DNA of 64,000 nt. It comes from an uncultured candidate division Zixibacteria bacterium (GTDB lineage Bacteria; Zixibacteria; MSB-5A5; RBG-16-43-9). Shown piece by piece: positions 1 to 9,520 of this stretch; the first letter of the stretch is position 1, and every line of letters starts with the position of its first letter. The notes beneath the pieces are model-generated. The model did no database searches and was not told the origin of the DNA. It worked only from the letters and a program-made list of their open reading frames with translations. Location: contig OY970208.1 of assembly GCA_963713865.1 (NCBI GenBank), positions 1,376,001-1,440,000 of the forward strand, given 5' to 3'. Both the position numbers and the translations under genes were made by a program.

Positions 1-14
1 TTAAAAAGATTAAC

Positions 15-1136
15 TTGCAGATATTAGCAATAAACTGGCAGGACATAACCAGTCCCAGGGCAGGGGGGGCGGAGATTCATTTCCAGGAGATCTTTAAAAG
101 GATTGTTCAAAAGGGGAATGACGTTACCCTGCTCTGCTCGCATTATCCCGGAGCCAAAAAATATGACGAGATAGACGGGATAAAAATTATACGTACGGGT
201 TCGTTTCTTCTCTTTAGCTTCTCTGCTTTCTGGGAGGTTAGAAAGATATTAAAGGAAAGGAAATGGGATCTGGTAGTAGAGGATATAAATAAACTTCCTT
301 TCTATTCTTTTTGCTGGCATAACCTTCCTCTTTTAGTCGTAGTGCATCATTTTTTCGATAAAGCTATCTTTAGAGAAGTTAATCCTCTTTTCGGTGCTTA
401 CGTTTACCTTTCCGAGAGAAGTGTCCCCATATTTTATCGCCGTAAAAGCTTCTTAGCTGTATCCCAGAGCACTAAAGAGGAACTTCTGAGAAGAGGAATC
501 CCTGGGGAGAAGATTAAAGTTATCTATTGCGGAATCGATCATCAGCTTTACCGGGTTAATCTTGATCTAAAGAAGGATCCTGTCCCAACCATACTTTATT
601 TAGGAAGGTTAAAAAAATATAAAAGCACTGACCTTTTGCTCAAGGCACTTCCCCTGATAATGAAAAAAGTTTCAGATGTCAGATTAGTGATTGTGGGGGA
701 AGGTGATTATAAGTCGGAGCTTCAAAACCTGACCAGAAATTTAGGATTAGAAAACAGGGTCATTTTCACCGGCTTTGTGGATGAAAAGACCAAGGTGGAA
801 TGGTTTCATCGTGCCTGGGTTTCAGTTTATCCATCTATAAAAGAGGGCTGGGGTTTGACCAATATCGAGGCAAATGCCTGTGGAACACCAGCTGTTGCCA
901 GCAATGTGCCGGGCTTAAGGGAATCAATCCTGCCGGGGAAAACCGGTTTTCTATTTGAATACGGGAATATTCAAGATTTAGCGGATAAGATTATTAGAAT
1001 AATTATAGATAAAGAGTTGATAGATAGGTTATCCCAGGAGGGAATTCTCTGGGCAAGTAATTTTAGCTGGGATAAGGTAACCGAAGAAGTTGAAAAACTA
1101 CTTCAAGATATAGTAAGAAATCGGGGGGGAAGTTGA
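15..1136 (+). CDS. GT4 family glycosyltransferase
   Basis: GGAE N-terminal motif; 'YLGRLKKYK' and 'EGWGLTNIEANACGTP' GT-B signature. Confidence 0.92.
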   Translation: MQILAINWQDITSPRAGGAEIHFQEIFKRIVQKGNDVTLLCSHYPGAKKYDEIDGIKIIRTGSFLLFSFSAFWEVRKILKERKWDLVVEDINKLPFYSFCWHNLPLLVVVHHFFDKAIFREVNPLFGAYVYLSERSVPIFYRRKSFLAVSQSTKEELLRRGIPGEKIKVIYCGIDHQLYRVNLDLKKDPVPTILYLGRLKKYKSTDLLLKALPLIMKKVSDVRLVIVGEGDYKSELQNLTRNLGLENRVIFTGFVDEKTKVEWFHRAWVSVYPSIKEGWGLTNIEANACGTPAVASNVPGLRESILPGKTGFLFEYGNIQDLADKIIRIIIDKELIDRLSQEGILWASNFSWDKVTEEVEKLLQDIVRNRGGS

Positions 1137-2152
1137 AGAAAAGATTGTTAATCGGAATTTTCATCAGCTTAGTATTCTTATATTTTGCCTTCAGAGGAGT
1201 GGATTATCATACGCTGTGGGAAGCCCTACGGGGGGTAAACTTTTTCTACCTTTTCCTTTTTATGGTGGTGATAATATTTTTAATGTGGGTAAGGGCATAT
1301 CGCTGGAAGTTTATGGTTGACCCTTTAAAAAAAGTAGGATATTCAAGTCTTTTCTCCTCAACTATGATAGGGTTTATGGCTAATAATGTCCTTCCAGTCA
1401 GATTAGGCGAATTGGTCAGAGCCTATTCTTTAGGGACCAAAGAAAATATATCGAGGAGTGCAGCTTTTGCTACCATAGTGATGGAGAGGGTTTTCGATGG
1501 ATTTTCATTGCTTTTTATTCTTTGGCTGACTTTACTTTTTTTCCCTTTTTCACGTTCCTCCGCCAAGGTTGGGGAGTTGGTGAGAAAAGGAGCTAACCTT
1601 GCCCTGCTTGGCAATTTGCTTTTATTCTTGCTATTAATTCTACTGGAGTTAAAGCCTGATCTCACCTTGAATTTTTTTAAAAGGTTATTAAGACTTATAC
1701 CTGGAAAACTTTCCCAGAGAGCAGAGGGGATTTTAGATAAGTTTTCCAGCGGGGTCAGAGTTTTCAAGGACCTTCCACGGATGAGCTGGATTCTTTTCTG
1801 GTCTTTAATCCTCTGGGCAGGTATCGGAATCAGTAACTATCTGGTCTTTTTAGCTTTTGGACTTCATCCACCTATACAAGCCTCTTTGATATTAATGGTG
1901 ATCGTGACTTTAGGGGTAGTGATCCCTTCTTCTCCTGGTTATGTAGGCACAGTCCATTTTTTTACGGTAATTGCCTTAAGCCTTTTCGGATATGGGAAGG
2001 ATACCTCAGTTCCCTTTTCGATAGTTCTGCATGCCAGCCAGTATATTCCGGTAACCATATTAGGATTAATTTATCTTAAACTCGAACATTTCTCTTTAAA
2101 GATGGCAGAAAAGGATTCTAAGACTATAATGACAGATGAAATAGAAAGCTAA
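1133..2152 (+). CDS. Lysylphosphatidylglycerol synthase TM-domain / AglD2-like flippase family membrane protein
   Basis: Polytopic; 'NNVLPVRLGELVRAY', 'MERVFDG', 'PSSPGYVG' motifs. Confidence 0.85.
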   Translation: MKKRLLIGIFISLVFLYFAFRGVDYHTLWEALRGVNFFYLFLFMVVIIFLMWVRAYRWKFMVDPLKKVGYSSLFSSTMIGFMANNVLPVRLGELVRAYSLGTKENISRSAAFATIVMERVFDGFSLLFILWLTLLFFPFSRSSAKVGELVRKGANLALLGNLLLFLLLILLELKPDLTLNFFKRLLRLIPGKLSQRAEGILDKFSSGVRVFKDLPRMSWILFWSLILWAGIGISNYLVFLAFGLHPPIQASLILMVIVTLGVVIPSSPGYVGTVHFFTVIALSLFGYGKDTSVPFSIVLHASQYIPVTILGLIYLKLEHFSLKMAEKDSKTIMTDEIES

Positions 2153-2234
2153 TCTTGAAAGCGAAAGGGTTTACAGTATTTATGATGTTCTTCAACCTTG
2201 AGGCTTTTGTAGTTCGAGAAAGTGTCTATAAGGC

Positions 2235-2262
2235 TTGACTTTTTAAGGTTAAGTCCTATAAT
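2235..2262 (+). promoter_or_regulatory. sigma70-type promoter
   Basis: TTGACT-N16-TATAAT. Confidence 0.6.
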
Positions 2263-2308
2263 AGAAAGAGAATATGGTTCTGGAGATGTGGAAAGATCAA
2301 GTTTTTTT

Positions 2309-3274
2309 ATGCAGAAAGTGAACTGCCCTTTATGTGGATCCTTTGAGTACAAAGTTATCTTCAGGGCACCTGCAGATCCAGTTGAAAAGTTGGGTTATTT
2401 TTCGGTGGTAAGATGTCCGGAATGTGATTTCGTATTTACCAATCCTCAAGCAGAGGAGAAGGATTTAAAAAAACTCTACTCAACCGAATATTATGGAGAG
2501 GAACACCAGCGTTTCTGGACAATCGTCGAGAAATTCATAGAATTTTTTAGAAAAAGAAGGATAGATAAGATCGAGAAGTTCAAAAAAAAGGGGGTGATTC
2601 TGGACATTGGATGTGGTAGAGGGAAGATGTTAGCCGGACTTAGAGATAAAGGCTGGGAAACATACGGGACCGAACTATCGGAGGATTCCTCTAAATTTGC
2701 CCGGGAGAGGTTAGGGTTGAAAGTTTATCCGGGCGATTTTTTAAGCTCTAAATTTCCTGAGGTTTTTTTCGATTGTGTTACCCTCTGGCATGTACTGGAG
2801 CATCTGAAAGATCCTCTAAAGGTTTTGATGGAGATCAAAAGGATTTTAAAAAAGGATGGTCTTCTGCTAATCGCAGTTCCGGATTACGGCGGGGCTCAGT
2901 CGGTTTTCTCAGGCAGAGCCTGGTTTCATTTAGACGTTCCCAGGCATTATTCTCACTTCACTTTCAAAACCCTTAAAAGCTTTTTGGACAAAGCTGGTTT
3001 TAAAGTCCGACAGTCAAGGCACTTCTCCTTAGAGTATGACCCGATTGGAGTTCTGCAGAGCTTCTATAATCTTATGGGGTTTAAGCATAATCTACTCTAT
3101 GGGTTTTTGAGAGCCAAGAAAGACCGACTGAAGATCCTGAACGAACATAGATGGCAGAGTCTTTTCATCTTCTGGACTTTTCCAGGATTTTTAGGCTTGA
3201 GTTTGTTTCTGTCTTTATATTTTTCAGCCTGGAGAAGAGGCGGCTCCTTAGTGCTCTATGGCCTTAAAAGGTAA
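2309..3274 (+). CDS. Class I SAM-dependent methyltransferase with N-terminal CxxC..CxxC zinc ribbon
   Basis: CPLC...CPEC, 'ILDIGCGRG', 'WHVLEHL'. Start moved from 2222 to ATG 2309 (GTG 2288 possible) because a promoter lies at 2235-2262. Confidence 0.85.
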   Translation: MQKVNCPLCGSFEYKVIFRAPADPVEKLGYFSVVRCPECDFVFTNPQAEEKDLKKLYSTEYYGEEHQRFWTIVEKFIEFFRKRRIDKIEKFKKKGVILDIGCGRGKMLAGLRDKGWETYGTELSEDSSKFARERLGLKVYPGDFLSSKFPEVFFDCVTLWHVLEHLKDPLKVLMEIKRILKKDGLLLIAVPDYGGAQSVFSGRAWFHLDVPRHYSHFTFKTLKSFLDKAGFKVRQSRHFSLEYDPIGVLQSFYNLMGFKHNLLYGFLRAKKDRLKILNEHRWQSLFIFWTFPGFLGLSLFLSLYFSAWRRGGSLVLYGLKR

Positions 3275-3277
3275 GAG

Positions 3278-4027
3278 ATGGATAAGAAAGAAATGCTTAA
3301 AGTGGTAGTAGTGATGCCGGCTTATAATGCAGCCCGGACCTTAGCTTCTACTTATCAAAACATTCCCTCAGAAGTCGTAGATGAGGTCCTGTTAGTAGAT
3401 GATGCCAGCAAGGATGAGACGGTAAAGATCGCCTTGGACTTTCATCTCAGAGTGATCCGTCACCCGCATAACGTGGGGTATGGCGGGAATCAGAAAACCT
3501 GTTATTTAGAGGCTTTAAGGGAGGGGGCAGATATCGTGGTGATGCTTCATCCGGATGGACAGTATGACCCGCGCCTTATACCACAGATCATTGAGCCTAT
3601 AAGAAAAGGTGAGGCTGATTTTGTTTTAGGTTCAAGGCTCAGACAGAAAGGCGGGGCGCTCAAAGGGGGTATGCCTTTATATAAATTTTTAGCTAATAGA
3701 TTTCTGACTGCAATCGAGAATTTGATTTTAGGACAGAATCTCTCGGAGATGCATACTGGCTATCGGGCTTATAGCCGAAACTTCTTAGGGGAAATTCCTT
3801 TTTTACGTAACTCCAACGATTTCGTGTTCGATTCCCAGATTATAGCTCAAGCCGTGGCTTTTAAGCAGAGGATAGCGGAGATTCCGGTAAGCACCAAATA
3901 TTTTAAAGAGGCTTCCTCCGTCAATTTCAGGGTCTCGCTGGTCTATGGGTTTAAAACCCTGTGGACGATTTTCAAATTCGCCTTAGACCGGTTGGGAATT
4001 ATTCACTCTCGACTTTTCAGACCTTAG
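3278..4027 (+). CDS. GT2 glycosyltransferase (DPM/DPG synthase-like)
   Basis: 'VVMPAYN', 'VDDASKD', 'HPDGQYDP', 'EMHTGYRAY'. Confidence 0.9.
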   Translation: MDKKEMLKVVVVMPAYNAARTLASTYQNIPSEVVDEVLLVDDASKDETVKIALDFHLRVIRHPHNVGYGGNQKTCYLEALREGADIVVMLHPDGQYDPRLIPQIIEPIRKGEADFVLGSRLRQKGGALKGGMPLYKFLANRFLTAIENLILGQNLSEMHTGYRAYSRNFLGEIPFLRNSNDFVFDSQIIAQAVAFKQRIAEIPVSTKYFKEASSVNFRVSLVYGFKTLWTIFKFALDRLGIIHSRLFRP

Positions 4028-4032
4028 TCTAT

Positions 4033-5895
4033 ATGGGCAAAAAGAAGTCCAAATCTGGATCCATAGGAAAGAATAAAAAGCAGATCGTTCCGGAGATAAA
4101 GAAAGATCAAGTTTTTATTGATCAGCTTCTCAAAGGTCCTATTCTTTATATCTTTTTAGGGGTGATTCTCCTTTTAGGTATCTATCTGAGGTTTTCACAC
4201 CTTTCAGCTGATCCTCCCACGGATTTATCCTGGAGCCAGGGTTCCTATACGGATGAGGGTGCAATCGCCATCAATGCCCGGGATAAAGTCTTATGGGGAG
4301 AATGGAAGATGGACGATTTTTTCCGGATGGGTATCTCCTCTCTTTTGTCTTTCAGTTATTTTCTTATATTCAAGTTAGCTGGAATAGGATTTATTCAGAT
4401 CAGGATCCTGCCAGTTCTTTTAAGCCTGGGCACGATCCTTTTGGTTTTCTTTCAACTTAAAAGGGAGGGAAACTCTAAGGCGGCGATCTTCTCCTCTTTT
4501 TTCCTGACGATATCCTATATCTATGTTATGCACAACCGTCTGGCCCTGGAGGAAACCAGCCTGCTCTTCTTCCTTTTTCTCTCTTTGTTTTTTGTGCACT
4601 TGGGGAGGGATAAAAAAGCCTATTTTATTCTGGGTGGAGTAGCCTTTGCCTTGGCAGTTCTCTTTGTCAAGATCTCCGGGTTTTTCTTCTTTCCGCTGAT
4701 CATCCTGGAGATCTTTCGCTGGAAGTGGACAGAAAAGGAAAAGAAAAAAATTTTAAAGAGCCTCTTCTATTTTGGCTCAGGAATAGTTGCAGGCGTGATA
4801 ATCTGGCTGATTTTAGTTCTACTTCCATACAAAGATGCGGTGATAGGTTATATGAAGGCAGGGACTTTTAAATCTCCAGCCGGAAGTGCAGAGAATTTAG
4901 GTGCTTACTTGAGTAATCTTTTGACCTTAGGTATCAGTGATAAGCTTTTCCCCAGAACATTTTTCGTTTTCACTTTCTCTTTCCTCTATATCCTCTACTG
5001 GATAAAGAATATCCGGGAAAAACTCAGGGTAAGGTCTTCTACGGAATTTGTCTGTGTCTTGTGGATAATAGCCGGAATCCTTTTTCTCTCATACCCTAAT
5101 TACCACCCCATCCGTTATCAGCTGATCCTGGTTCCGCCTATGTGCATCTTAGCTGGTTTTTTTGTAGAGAAGATAATGGATGCGCAGAAGATCAAGCTTT
5201 CAGGTAAACTGAATCCTTTAAGCCTGGTTTTACAATTCGGGATATTGGTGGTTTTCATCTATAATCTCTATTATAGCATAATCTTATATATACTTTTCCA
5301 TTATCAAAGTTTCTACGGAACGGTTTCTTTCTTTTCCTCAGACCCGAATAGCTGGTTTGAGGGGATTTTTAGATTAGCTCAAAACTACTCCGCTCTGGTG
5401 ACAAGGTCGATAATTTTAGCTCTTTTGGTAACTGGTGGGGTTATAGGGCTTTCTCAGATTCAAAAGCTTAAACAGGGGTTTATTTTTCCAAAAAGCTTGA
5501 AATACCTGCTTGTAGGATTGATGCTCTTTCTGATCATCTTCAGCGATTTGAAGCAGTATTCAGTTTGGTCAGGTAATCTTACTTATGACCTTTTAGATAT
5601 TTCTAAGGACCTAAGTTCACTTCCTAAGGGGAGCATAATTGCCGGTCCCTGGGCGGCTACTTTAAGCCTGGAAAATCAACACCGGGCTATTATGATGCAG
5701 GATTTTGCCAATAAGGAAACGGTCATACAGAGGTTTAAACCTACCCATTTGATAATCTCCAAAGACGGCTGGGAGGATAAGTATTTCAAGCAAACCTATC
5801 CGGATTTAATGTCTAAGGCTATTTTATTAAAAGAATATCCAGTTCATACCTCGTATAATAGACCGCTCCTTTTATATGAACTTTCAAAGAAGTAA
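4033..5895 (+). CDS. GT-C superfamily membrane glycosyltransferase (ArnT/PMT-like)
   Basis: Many TM helices; 'YTDEG' acidic motif after the first TM; 'LALEET'. Probable ATG 4033, just after the upstream stop. Confidence 0.75.
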   Translation: MGKKKSKSGSIGKNKKQIVPEIKKDQVFIDQLLKGPILYIFLGVILLLGIYLRFSHLSADPPTDLSWSQGSYTDEGAIAINARDKVLWGEWKMDDFFRMGISSLLSFSYFLIFKLAGIGFIQIRILPVLLSLGTILLVFFQLKREGNSKAAIFSSFFLTISYIYVMHNRLALEETSLLFFLFLSLFFVHLGRDKKAYFILGGVAFALAVLFVKISGFFFFPLIILEIFRWKWTEKEKKKILKSLFYFGSGIVAGVIIWLILVLLPYKDAVIGYMKAGTFKSPAGSAENLGAYLSNLLTLGISDKLFPRTFFVFTFSFLYILYWIKNIREKLRVRSSTEFVCVLWIIAGILFLSYPNYHPIRYQLILVPPMCILAGFFVEKIMDAQKIKLSGKLNPLSLVLQFGILVVFIYNLYYSIILYILFHYQSFYGTVSFFSSDPNSWFEGIFRLAQNYSALVTRSIILALLVTGGVIGLSQIQKLKQGFIFPKSLKYLLVGLMLFLIIFSDLKQYSVWSGNLTYDLLDISKDLSSLPKGSIIAGPWAATLSLENQHRAIMMQDFANKETVIQRFKPTHLIISKDGWEDKYFKQTYPDLMSKAILLKEYPVHTSYNRPLLLYELSKK

Positions 5896-6010
5896 AGGAT
5901 TTCAAGACAAGGGCTTTATGTTCATTAGTGAGGTTATTAGAGATAGGGTCGAGGTTACCTTACCCCCTTGGATTCGCTCTAGAATTACAATATACCAGAA
6001 AGGGTTTAGG

Positions 6011-6038
6011 TTGACTTTTGGGATTTAAGGGATATATT
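6011..6038 (+). promoter_or_regulatory. sigma70-type promoter
   Basis: TTGACT-N16-TATATT upstream of 6085. Confidence 0.5.
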
Positions 6039-6084
6039 TACAAAACATGAGGATAAGGGTGGGGATACCCCGCCCTCATAGATT

Positions 6085-7017
6085 ATGCCTGAGAATAGAA
6101 ACGAGAATAGCTTTAAAATCTCAGTAGTGGTGCCAGCTTATAATGAGGAGGAGAATATCCCCCTTTTGTTAGAGAATTTCGAGAAAATGTTTAAGGAGTC
6201 TAAATTAGAAGGGGAGGTTCTTTTAGTAGACGACGGTTCTACAGATAAGACCTTTAAACTGGCCAAAGATTACGAGAAAAAATATTCTTTCCTGAAAGCT
6301 CTAACCAATAAAACTCATCGGGGGGTGACAACCGCCCTGCAGATCGGTTTCAAAAACGCCAGTGGCGATATTTACATTTTCTGGCCGGCTGACTTACAAT
6401 ACCTTCCGGAGGATATTCCCAGGCTTATCCAGAAGATTAAAGAGGGGAATGATATTGTGACGGGTTGGAAACAGGGGAGTTACGGGATTAAGACTTTTGT
6501 CTCCTTTTTCTACAATTCTTTATCCAGATGGCTATTTAAAGTTAAAGTTCACGATCTCAATTCGGTCAAGGCTTTCAGAAAAGAGGTCTTGGATGATCTC
6601 CCTTTGAGAAAAGACTGGCACAGATATATGGTGGTTATGGCTGCGGATAAGGGGTTCAAGGTGGATGAGGTCAAAATCCCACTTTATCCCAGGAGATTTG
6701 GTAAATCGAAATTCGGCCTCTGGAGGATTCCTATCGGAGTTTTAGACCTTTTCAGCGTCAAATTTCAGGTTTCCTTTATGCGCAAGCCGATGCTCCTTTT
6801 CGGCTCCTTAGGTTTGATCCTGGTGCTCTTGGGGGTACTGGCAGGTTTTTTAGCTATTTACTTGAGGATAATTATGCATGAAGGGTTCAGACCCATTTTA
6901 TATCTGGTCATCCTTTTAGTCTTGTCCGGGATTTCACTTTTCGCCTTGGGGTTTTTAGCTGAAGCGATTGTCAGCTTAAGAGAAGAGGTGGAAAGCTTAA
7001 AAAAGAACAGAGAATAG
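6085..7017 (+). CDS. GT2 polyprenol-phosphate glycosyltransferase (ArnC/GtrB-like, two C-terminal TMs)
   Basis: 'VVVPAYNEEEN', 'VDDGSTD', 'ADLQYLPEDI', 'HRYM', 'RRFGKSKFG'. Confidence 0.88.
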   Translation: MPENRNENSFKISVVVPAYNEEENIPLLLENFEKMFKESKLEGEVLLVDDGSTDKTFKLAKDYEKKYSFLKALTNKTHRGVTTALQIGFKNASGDIYIFWPADLQYLPEDIPRLIQKIKEGNDIVTGWKQGSYGIKTFVSFFYNSLSRWLFKVKVHDLNSVKAFRKEVLDDLPLRKDWHRYMVVMAADKGFKVDEVKIPLYPRRFGKSKFGLWRIPIGVLDLFSVKFQVSFMRKPMLLFGSLGLILVLLGVLAGFLAIYLRIIMHEGFRPILYLVILLVLSGISLFALGFLAEAIVSLREEVESLKKNRE

Positions 7018-7048
7018 ATAATAAGAAAGTTAGGCACTAAGATATTTT

Positions 7049-8245
7049 ATGCCAAGAGAAAAGATTTTGGTCTTAACTCATAATTTTATTCGATTCAAGG
7101 AGGACCTAGCTGGACAGTTTATCTACACCCTGATGAGGGAATTAACGCAGGATTATGAAGTTTTCGTCTTAGCGCCCCACCAAAAGGGATTAAAAGAATA
7201 TGAGGAAATAGATGATCTGAAGATATACAGATTTAGATATTGCTTTACGAGATATGAAAATTTAGCTTATCGAGGAGATATGCATGAGCAGGTCCTTCGT
7301 CACTTTTCCAGCAAGTTTCTTTTCATTTTCTTCTTCCTGGCTTTCTTTTTTTATACATTGAGGATTGTCGAGAAAAATAAGATTAAATTTATTCACTGCC
7401 ACTGGTGGGTACCTGCAGGCGTAGTAGGATATCTTACATCTTTTTTTGCTCCTGTTAAAATAATTTTAACCACCCATGGTTCGGATGTTTTTATATTGCG
7501 TAAATTCAGATGGTTATTGTCATTTGCTTCATTAGTCTTCAGGAAGGCTGAGTTTTCGACGGCAGTCTCAAGCTATTTAAAACATCTTCTCACCAAGGAG
7601 TTGAAAATCAGAGGGGATAAGATTTTCGTTTTTCCTATGCCTTTCGATGACAAGAAATTTTTCCCCTTGAAAGAGAAAAAGGTCGAAAAGGGAAGCATCC
7701 TAAGCATCGGGCGTCTAATTCAGAGAAAGGGTTATGACTACCTTTTAGAAGCCTGCGCCAAGTTGAAAGAAGATGGACAAATGTTTAAATTAAAAATTAT
7801 CGGTGAAGGACCGGAAGAGAGGAGATTGAAAAAATTAGCTAATTTATTAGGATTGGATGAGAACGTCGATTTCATTTCTAATCTTCCTCAAAACGAGCTG
7901 GTCTATTATTACAATAGCTGCGAAATCTTCGTTCTTCCTTCTATAACCGATTGGAAGATGGAGGCTGAGGGATTAGGGTTGGTTCTTTTAGAGGCGATGT
8001 CCTGCAAGGTCCCAGTGTTGGGGACAGGGTCAGGTGGCATTGTCGATATCGTACAGAATGAGAAGACTGGCCTTCTAATTCCAGAGAAGGATCCCTGCGC
8101 TCTGGCTCTGGCGATAAAACGCTATCTTGTGGATGAAGATTTGGAAAATAGAATGGCGGAGGGAGGATATAGATTTGCCCAAGAGAATTTCACTCCCAAG
8201 GCTACAGCGGGGAAACTTAAAGGGATTTACCAGAGGTTAAAATAG
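7049..8245 (+). CDS. GT4 family glycosyltransferase
   Basis: 'IGRLIQRKG', 'EGLGLVLLEAM'. Confidence 0.9.
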   Translation: MPREKILVLTHNFIRFKEDLAGQFIYTLMRELTQDYEVFVLAPHQKGLKEYEEIDDLKIYRFRYCFTRYENLAYRGDMHEQVLRHFSSKFLFIFFFLAFFFYTLRIVEKNKIKFIHCHWWVPAGVVGYLTSFFAPVKIILTTHGSDVFILRKFRWLLSFASLVFRKAEFSTAVSSYLKHLLTKELKIRGDKIFVFPMPFDDKKFFPLKEKKVEKGSILSIGRLIQRKGYDYLLEACAKLKEDGQMFKLKIIGEGPEERRLKKLANLLGLDENVDFISNLPQNELVYYYNSCEIFVLPSITDWKMEAEGLGLVLLEAMSCKVPVLGTGSGGIVDIVQNEKTGLLIPEKDPCALALAIKRYLVDEDLENRMAEGGYRFAQENFTPKATAGKLKGIYQRLK

Positions 8246-8279
8246 GAATATTTGTGGTAGCAGACCATCTATGATTTGA

Positions 8280-9197
8280 ATGGCCCAATTGGAAACAAAA
8301 GGTATAAAAGTATTTTTAAAGTTTTTTATAGTCGCAGTCATCCTTTTTTTCTTCATAAGATATGTCTATGAAAACTGGCGGGTGGTCTCTTTATATCAAT
8401 GGCAGTTTAAATATGGTCTGTTGGCCGTCTCCTTTGGAGTAGTGTTTTTGAATTTCCTTTTTTTTATCCAGATATGGAGAGGCTTGCTCCAAAAATTGTC
8501 TTACAAGCTACCCTTTAAAAAGGCATTCAAGATCTGGTTCTATTCTAACTTAGGAAAATATGTCCCTGGAAAAATCTGGTCAGTGATGGGGATGGTCTAT
8601 ATGTGCGAAAAGGAAGGAATCCCCAAGGCGGCCACGCTGAGCTCAGCTATTCTAAATCAACTTCTGAATATCATCGGCGGGTTGATCCTGGTTCTCATCC
8701 TTTCAGGAACGAAGTTTTTAAGGGGGATGTCCAAGCTTTATTATTTACCTCTGATTTTGGTTTTTGTCATATCTTTATATCCACGGGTGATGGAGAAGAT
8801 TTTGAATTGGGGATTAAAAAAGCTGAAAAAGGAACCCGTTAAGGTTAATTTAAGTTTCAAGGAAAACCTGTTTTTTACCCTTCTTTTTATGTTAGCCTGG
8901 GGAGTTTATGGGGTAGCTTTCAATATCTTCATCCTGTCCTTGACCGATTGCTCTTTTAACCTCTGGCCTTTTTTGACCTCGATCTTTGCTTTCTCCTACA
9001 TCCTTGGGTTTTTGAGCATTTTCGTGCCAGGGGGATTGGGGGTAAGGGAAGGAATTTTAGTTTATTATCTTTCAAGTTATTTCCCTCTGCCGGTAGCAGC
9101 TTTAATTGCCTTACTCTCGAGGTTGTGGATGACTGCGGCTGAGATTTTAGGATTGTTGATTTCCTTAAGGTTTCGATTTAAATTTAATAGAGATTAA
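8280..9197 (+). CDS. LPG-synthase TM-domain / flippase-like membrane protein
   Basis: 'SNLGKYVPGKIW', 'PGGLGVREG'. Confidence 0.85.
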   Translation: MAQLETKGIKVFLKFFIVAVILFFFIRYVYENWRVVSLYQWQFKYGLLAVSFGVVFLNFLFFIQIWRGLLQKLSYKLPFKKAFKIWFYSNLGKYVPGKIWSVMGMVYMCEKEGIPKAATLSSAILNQLLNIIGGLILVLILSGTKFLRGMSKLYYLPLILVFVISLYPRVMEKILNWGLKKLKKEPVKVNLSFKENLFFTLLFMLAWGVYGVAFNIFILSLTDCSFNLWPFLTSIFAFSYILGFLSIFVPGGLGVREGILVYYLSSYFPLPVAALIALLSRLWMTAAEILGLLISLRFRFKFNRD

Positions 9198-9221
9198 GAT
9201 CGAAACTTTATTTTAAAAAAC

Positions 9222-9508
9222 AAAAGGATCTTGAAACCTGGTGGGTTTTTTGATCTTCTCTGCGCCCAAACCCTATTCTTTTTAAAGAGATCCTGGGGAA
9301 TATTTTTAATGTTCCGAACAAAACCGGATACATTTATGGCTGGACTAAACAAACCTTTAGAAAATTGATACAGATTTGCGATTTCAAAATAGTGTCGATG
9401 ACCGGAACCTATCTGGTCCCCGGATTAGCTGGAACGGTTTCTATTCGCGTTCATTTATTTATAAATTACGTAAATAATAAGGTTAAACGAAGGTTCAACA
9501 AGCTTTAA
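9222..9508 (+). pseudogene. Decayed C-terminal fragment of a class I SAM methyltransferase
   Basis: KRILKPGG(F)LIFSAP, then after frameshifts 'IYGWTKQTFRKLIQICDFKIVSMTGTYL'; no start codon and no SAM-binding N-terminus. Confidence 0.55.
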
Positions 9509-9520
9509 AAGGAGTGAATT

